DNA of 57,949 nt, counting the filler, from Sphacelaria rigidula (taxonomy: Eukaryota), in the NCBI GenBank assembly GCA_964200075.2. It is 4 parts of 4 records of this genome, joined end to end, with 100 filler letters (N's around TTAATTAATTAA, not from the genome) between each part and the next. Parts side by side here need not be neighbours in the genome. Positions count along the whole stretch, not along the records: positions 43,541 to 57,949 come from CAXNAA020002267.1; 3 more parts are not named here. One strand, 5' to 3'. The notes beneath the pieces were generated by a model. It did no database searches. It had not been told where the DNA came from and saw only the letters and a list, made by a program, of their open reading frames with translations. The stretch's first letter is position 1. Every line of letters begins with the position of its first letter. The position numbers were made by a program, and so were the translations under genes. Below, piece by piece: positions 51,984-57,949 of this stretch.

Positions 51984-54276
51984 ATGAGCTCACAATTCAT
52001 CATGGTACAGCCATCTTCGGATGGAAATCCACGCGAGAAGAAAAAACGGAAAAGGACAACACCAAGGAAGGCATCCCCAAAGACCATCCCGGACTTTCTA
52101 CAAATTGTGGGAAGGCTCTACCCTGTGAAGTACCTCCCCGCGTCAGGGAGTTTACCTCGGACGTACAAGGGCACTTACTGCTGTCGGCTCTTCTCTAAAG
52201 TGCGATTCGGAGAACGAGTCTCTCAGCTTTTGCGAACGAGGACGGTGAGTGTTGGCTTCCAGTCAGCAACAGCAGATGAAAACCGCTACACCTTCCAGAA
52301 GAAAGTCGACGAGGAGGTCGATCACTTTTCCAGAGAAAGAGTGCTGGCCTCGCTTTTGGCATACTTCGTGTTCATAGAACGCCTTCGAGATGGATCAACC
52401 GTCCCCGAGCCAGATGAGAACTTTTATAGTTCTTGCTTGTCATCATGCATCAAGAGTGCCGGAGGCGGTCTCAACAAGGACTTCGACCGTTTTTCTGCGC
52501 TGACGGGACTCGCACGACTTGAGCCACCCAAAAAGCTCGGTCTTTCCCAGGTTCGAAGATACGAGGCCATTCCTATGGCCACCTCGACATCAACCCGTGC
52601 TGAACACCACACCGAAAAGAGGAGGATCGTGATCATGAGATGGTTTCTGCGGGGGTTGGTGTCAAGGGGAAATCTGGTGTACAAGAAGTACGTGACGAAA
52701 CTCTACAGCCTTGCAAAAAAAGATCATCGTTGAGTTCGACGGCACGATCGAGAAAGAACAGGACGTCCGTAAAATGGCGCTGGAAGTGGACCCCGACACG
52801 GATACCGCTTCTATCATCGAGTTTGCCCGAAAAGAGAGGAAGTTTTCCGATCGAGTTTCCGACGACAAAACGTGTGTACCGAAGATCGCACATTTGAACT
52901 GGATGTTCAAAACGTACGTGGCTGAATCTCGACGGAGGTACGAGGAGGTCGTGTCTCGAGCTCACTCGTTCTTCCCCGGTGAAGACAAGGAGTCCCGAAA
53001 GAAGAGATACGAGTACATGAACAACGAACTGAGCGAGGAGAACACTTACGCTCCTCCGAAAGACACCGCCGTGCTCCCCATCTGTTCAACGGGTTCGGGT
53101 TTCATTCGGATCGATGTGAAAACGCTCCAGTCGTGGGGGTTTTGGCATTCCAATGATGCTTGGTGGTATAACAATGTCCTTCAACCCTTCTCGAAAGATG
53201 CCAATATCAAGTGCCTCAGGAGCGAGGAGAACACCAAGTACGCGTCGAACGAAGAGGGGTATCTGTCGAGTCTGCTAGAAGATGGTCCGGATGAATGCCC
53301 GTGGATGGTTGGCGAAAGCTTTTTGACGGACGGTGTTCAGATCAAACTACTCCTTCTCACCCTTGAGCACAAACGGAAGGCATATCCCGGGTCCACTGAG
53401 CTCAACGACGCGGGGTACAACAAGTTGCCTCAGGCTGGTGTTCCGTTGGAAGATCTACTCAGAGAGGGGAGAGGCGTGTACAATATCTCGAGCGTCACCA
53501 CTTCTGCTAGTATACCGGTAGATCTCGTCGTGATGTCCGCGGACCCCGGACAGGCCAAAGTCATCAACGTTTCTTCGGCAACTTCCGATGTTTGGGCAAG
53601 GAAAGATCGGAAGGAGATTCTCTCAACTTCGACTTGTGTGTTCGGGGACGACTACCGTAGAGACACACGTGCATCGCGTTCGGACGAGTACGAGACTTTC
53701 AGAAGGAGGGGTCAGCCATACGGGGCAGACATCGATCGTCTGAGGGACGACAAGAAGAGGACTTCCTGTCTCACCACATTCATCCAGTACTGCAAAAGCT
53801 GGTCCAGAAATGGGTCGGTTGTTTTTCAGGAGACGCTACAGAAGGGAAGAAAGATCTTGCGGTTTACACGCTTCAGGGCTACTCAGAAGACACTTGCTAA
53901 TATAGCCGATCAGTACATGGGAAATGTAGGGGAGGCGTGCAGGGTCATGTTGTTCGGTAAAGCGTCCTCCTCTGCTAAGAATGGAAGAGCGTCGGCTCCA
54001 AGGAAAGCCATGATCAGAGAGATGGCAAGCAGAGGAGTCGTTTTGATGGTAGACGAACACAACACTTCCAAGAAGTGCCCGGGGTGTTTCGAGGATACTG
54101 TTGAGGACAAAGAACGGAGAATCCGGAGTTGCAAAAACTTGAAGGTTGGATCTCCGGGAGAATCCTGTAGACTTCATCCTCTGACACCAGAGTTCGAGAT
54201 GGATCGCGATGATGTAGGGTCGACAAACATCGGTATGCGTGGTTTCGGACTTCTGCTTGATCAGAAGTGGTTTTAG
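51984..54276 (+). CDS. Fanzor1-type RNA-guided endonuclease (TnpB/Cas12 superfamily), ~763 aa after removing one A at 52715-52721
   Basis: N-terminal basic NLS-like REKKKRKR; FLTDGVQ motif; RuvC-I VMSADPG (D 53542); RuvC-II VLMVDEHNTSKKCPGC (E 54055); second Cys pair; RuvC-III MDRDDVGSTNIG (D 54208). Start could be ATG 51984 or 52002. Confidence 0.9.
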
Positions 54277-54355
54277 AGATTTTTTCGTATTTCACTGTTC
54301 GAATTCCGTGCCTTGCACTAAGTTGACGGCAGTGAGCCAACATAAGCAACAGGCG
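54230..54355 (+). ncRNA. Predicted Fanzor omegaRNA (scaffold to 54334, guide from 54335)
   Basis: Inferred from the established right-end origin of TnpB/Fanzor guide RNAs. Local pairings CACTGTT/GGCAGTG, CCGT/ACGG and GTGC-CTT-GCAC. 5' boundary unknown. Confidence 0.45.
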
Positions 54356-54759
54356 AAGAAGAAAAAGGTGGAGTTGTTCGTGTTGCTTTCTCTCTCCTTG
54401 TGTAGCTGTGCCAAAATAGGCCTGATAATACGCTCTCTGTCATTTGTAAATTGATTGAGTATCGCGCTCGCAGTTCATCAGAGATTCTTGCCCGGGGATA
54501 TCGATACTATCTGACACAGGATCCGGACTCAACTTCAAAAGGAAAAGCTTCAAAAAGCTTCTTCGACACATTATGCAGGGACAGATCGAAAATTTATTGC
54601 CTACAGATAGTTGACGATCTGGCTGAGTCCCTAACTTATAGGGATAAGCAAGATTGGTGAACAATGTAGAGAGATCGTAACCAGTGGCGATTAAGGTAAA
54701 GCGCACGAACGGCCTCACTCACGCACGAACGCGCACGCACGAACGAACAAGGAATTCCA

Positions 54760-55178
54760 AGGACAAACCAATCCCCCTCCGACCCTTATCGGGCAGCAGA
54801 AGGGGTGTAAAGACTCATCGCAAGGACAAATGAATCCCCGCCCGGCTCTTTTCGGGCAGCAGAAGGGGCGTAAAGTCTCATCGCAAATAAAAACGGATTC
54901 CCGCCAGCTTTTGTCGGGTAGCAGAAAGGATGTAGGGACACATACAAGCAACAAACGCCCTTCCGGCTCTTCTCGGACCGCAGAAGGGGCGTAAAGTCTC
55001 ATCGCAAAGAAAAACGGATTCCCGCCAGCTTTTGTCGGGTAGCAGAAAGGAGGTAGGGACACATACAAGCAACAAACGCCCTTCCGGCTCTTTTCGGGCA
55101 GCAGAAGGGGCGTAAAGGCTCATCGCAAGGACAAACGGATTCCAACCCCCCCCGGCTCTTGTCGGGCAGCAGAAGGGT
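54760..55178. repeat. ~60-bp tandem repeat x7 with 120-bp higher-order structure
   Basis: Core TCGGG.AGCAGAA.GG.. GTA recurring near 54779, 54841, 54901, 54961, 55021, 55081, 55150; A/B subtypes alternate. Confidence 0.9.
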
Positions 55179-55983
55179 AGCAGCTCGAAAGGACGCAGCG
55201 AAATCGGGAGATCGGCCAAAATTACGAAGATCAAGAACATACAGAAGATCGGCTTTTTTTTACCCGCAAGATCGATCGCCCCTGATTTTGCCACCGATCT
55301 CCAACACTGGCACTCACGTCAAGAACTCCGAAGAATAAACATTAGATAAAAGTCACCTCGTTTTCACCTCGTTTTCTGGGAGATGATCAAGTCTCGCAAG
55401 CCTTTGGATCCGGCCCTCTTTCATCTTCCAAAGTTCCCCGCCCTCTCTCCGTTGCACGTCAGACAGACCGGCGGTGTGCGCATCGGTGACTGAGCGGAGC
55501 CCCACTCTTTTTTTGCTTTTTTGGCGGGAATTCTCAGTTTTGTCTGCACTGTTTGCATGGACAACGCGTACAGCGCCTGGAATCTGGTCGGAGAGAACGT
55601 TCAAACGCAAAACCATCGTAAATTTGATGGCAGGAACTGCTTGCTGATTACTCACATCAGCCTTTCGAAACGGTGAATCGGGTCCGATCGCACAACATGT
55701 AAACGCTAAACAGGGACCCCTACTGTAACACAAAATGTGACGACCACTCCGCAAAGGGAACTTACCCAACCGTGTTCATGTTCCCCGAGCGTGTGCTTTC
55801 TGTAGACCGGAAGAATGAAGGTGTCCATTCCCAAGTTTGGTTTTGACCCTGCAAATTGTGGAGCACCAGATGGCTTGATACATCGCCAAAAGTAATAAAA
55901 AAATATCAACGCTCACATTTCGAAACGCCGATTGTACGCGTGTACGTTCTGCCCTTTTAGTGTCAGGATACAAAACAAGTGTA

Positions 55984-57563
55984 TCCCAATCGCTTGTAAA
56001 AAGGAGTGCAAGATTAGCTCAGTAGCAGGGTGTCTTGGGTATCGTGAAAACTCTTGGTATAGATCAGGAGCTCCTGAAATACATGGGTCCAATTTTTAGA
56101 TCCTAGAAACTGAACTTAAACCAATTTCATGTTCTTACCAGTGTCTCTCTCAGTACATACGACGCTTCTTCTCGGCTATTATCGCAGTCAACAAATTCAA
56201 ACCATATCGGATAAAACGCTCATACACGAGAACATACCCTCTTGCAAACCACACCACTTGCGCTCACGGATCCAACCCATAGCCAACTTAAACTTCTCAA
56301 AGTCCTCCTCCGGTATATCCGTCACGCATCCTAATCGCTTTTAAAAACGAGCGCAAGGTTAGCTCAGCAGTCAAGGAATACAGCAGTAACAGCAGCAACA
56401 CAGATTGCGAAAGAGACGAAAAGCACCTCACCTCTCGTGCGCACAAGTCTCGAGGCGCGGTGTATCGCTATTGTTTCCGAGGTTCCTTTCTTCGACTGGT
56501 CCTGTCGTGGCCGAGGGATCGTTGGTTGGATCTGACGCAGAAAGGGGCGTGTGCATCACGTGAACAATTTAGTGGCTGGTGTCTTGTGTGCTACCTGTCG
56601 CATGCACCGCCGACGTGCGACACTCTTCAGCAGCAGTAGCACAGCCCGACCTATATCTGGTAAATCGATCATCAGTGAACAACACCATCAAACATCAAAA
56701 AAACGAAATTCACTGTTTGTGGAAAGCACCAACGACAGCGCCGATTGGGAGGCATCCCGACCCTCCCTCTGACAGGCTACGTTCTACGCTGGCAAGCATG
56801 GACAGTACACAACCCTATCATTTACAGCAGCAGCATCGAGCAACAGCATCCCAATCGCTTCTAAAAACGGGCGCAAGGTTAGCTCAGCAGTCAAGCAATA
56901 CAGCAGTAACAGCAGCAGTAGATAGTTTCGTCCCGGACACCTGATCCACTTACGAAAACAAGCGAGACACAGATTGCGAAAGAGACGAAAAACACTTCAC
57001 CTCCCGTGCGCAGAACTTTGCGGAAGCACGCGAGCAAATTCGTCACTGCTGTTTTTTCGATGCAGGCGCATGATATATAAACCCTGATCTATGCGGGATG
57101 TTGTTATTTTTGAACTGGCTTGCTGTGTGGGCCATCGCATCTCTTTCTCTCGATCTTGCATCGAAGTAACTCTGTCTAGCTGATCGCCGATCGACCTCTT
57201 TCTCGCGCAAACAAGGCAAACAGCAGTTGCCCAGGACGAGATTCAATATAGTCAACGCAATAAAATTAAAATATTATACATGTAGATCATCGCACACTTT
57301 AGAGTATTCTTCAATGGCCCCGATAGTTGTTGAAGGAAAGAGAAGAGTTCAACCAGAGGAAATCTCTTGCGGACGAAAAACTTTATCATCTGCAACCTTT
57401 GTGTGCTACCTGCCGCATGCACCGCCGATGTGCGACACTCTTCAGCAGCAATAGCACAACCCGACCTGTATCTGGTAAATCGATCATCAGTGAACAACAC
57501 CATCAAACATAAAAAAAACGAAATTTACTGTTTGTGGAAAGCACCAACGACAGCGCCGATTGG
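55984..57563. repeat. Interleaved direct duplications
   Basis: AATCGCTT.TAAAAA.G.G.GCAAG.TTAGCTCAG block at about 55984, 56330 and 56850. A ~165-bp block at 56586-56748 recurs at 57401-57563. Confidence 0.85.
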
Positions 57564-57949
57564 GGGCTCCGCGCCCATAGGGTAACTTGTGCATTGATGT
57601 GCGCAACTTGATTAAAGTATAGGACCCATATTTTTTCTCAGGTCATGACCTGAATAACGCCTGCCAATTCAGAAAATCATTGATGTGCATTGATGTGCAC
57701 AGCCAATCAGAGCCCACAGAAGCGAGAAGTATGGCACGAAGGTGCCGCGGCGCAGTTGAATTGATGGCGCAGCCGTGTGAGGGGCAGGGCGGTTTGGATA
57801 GCGATTTCGTTGTCTGTTTGGTGAGATGCATCACTAGCGCATCCACTGCACGCAATACATCGGTTCCGCACCGAATGATTAAGTAAGCTACTGTATTCGC
57901 AATGCCCGAATAAGCTTTGTGTAGCCTTCTTAGATGGTGTGTGTGTGTC

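Larger units (their letters stand above)
50729..54334 (+). mobile_element. Complete IS4-family transposon carrying Fanzor
   Basis: Left end CATTGTCGTAAAGTTAAG; right end reverse complement CACTGCCGTCAACTTAGT (12 of first 16 identical). Perfect 8-bp TSD AGCCAACA at 50721-50728 and 54335-54342. Contains transposase and Fanzor in tandem. Confidence 0.92.

Noticed and set aside
52711-52725. Programmed -1 frameshift at A7G in Fanzor
   Set aside because: Joining the two ORFs needs a +1 shift, not -1.
54760-55178. CRISPR array next to a Cas12-like nuclease
   Set aside because: Units are wholly repetitive with recurring subtypes, have no unique spacers, and lie outside the TSD-bounded element.
56350-56400. 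tRNA-like TAGCTCAG A-box
   Set aside because: No B-box or cloverleaf; part of a local duplicated block.

Overview
Eukaryotic DNA, most likely a brown alga (inferred from a mannuronan C5-epimerase-like gene, multi-kb GT-AG introns and the transposon types). The window is not one locus. It is four contigs of descending length (14415, 14413, 14412, 14409 bp) joined by identical 100-bp N44-TTAATTAATTAA-N44 linkers. Contig 1 (1-14415) holds the first three exons of a DEAH-box RNA helicase with MITE-containing introns. Contig 2 (14516-28928) is decayed transposon DNA: a full-length Ty1/copia element nested in a LINE, a chromodomain Gypsy fragment, a fold-back and a possible transposase pseudogene. 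Contig 3 (29029-43440) has no recognisable gene but carries a cluster of long fold-back sequences and MITEs. Contig 4 (43541-57949) is the highlight. It has a complete 3.6-kb IS4-family transposon with TIRs and an 8-bp TSD, encoding a DDE transposase and a Fanzor (TnpB-like RNA-guided RuvC nuclease). It also has the right end of a second, divergent Fanzor element with the same terminal motif, an intronless frameshifted mannuronan C5-epimerase gene and a 2OG-Fe(II) oxygenase-like gene. All calls come from manual motif reading; no searches were run.
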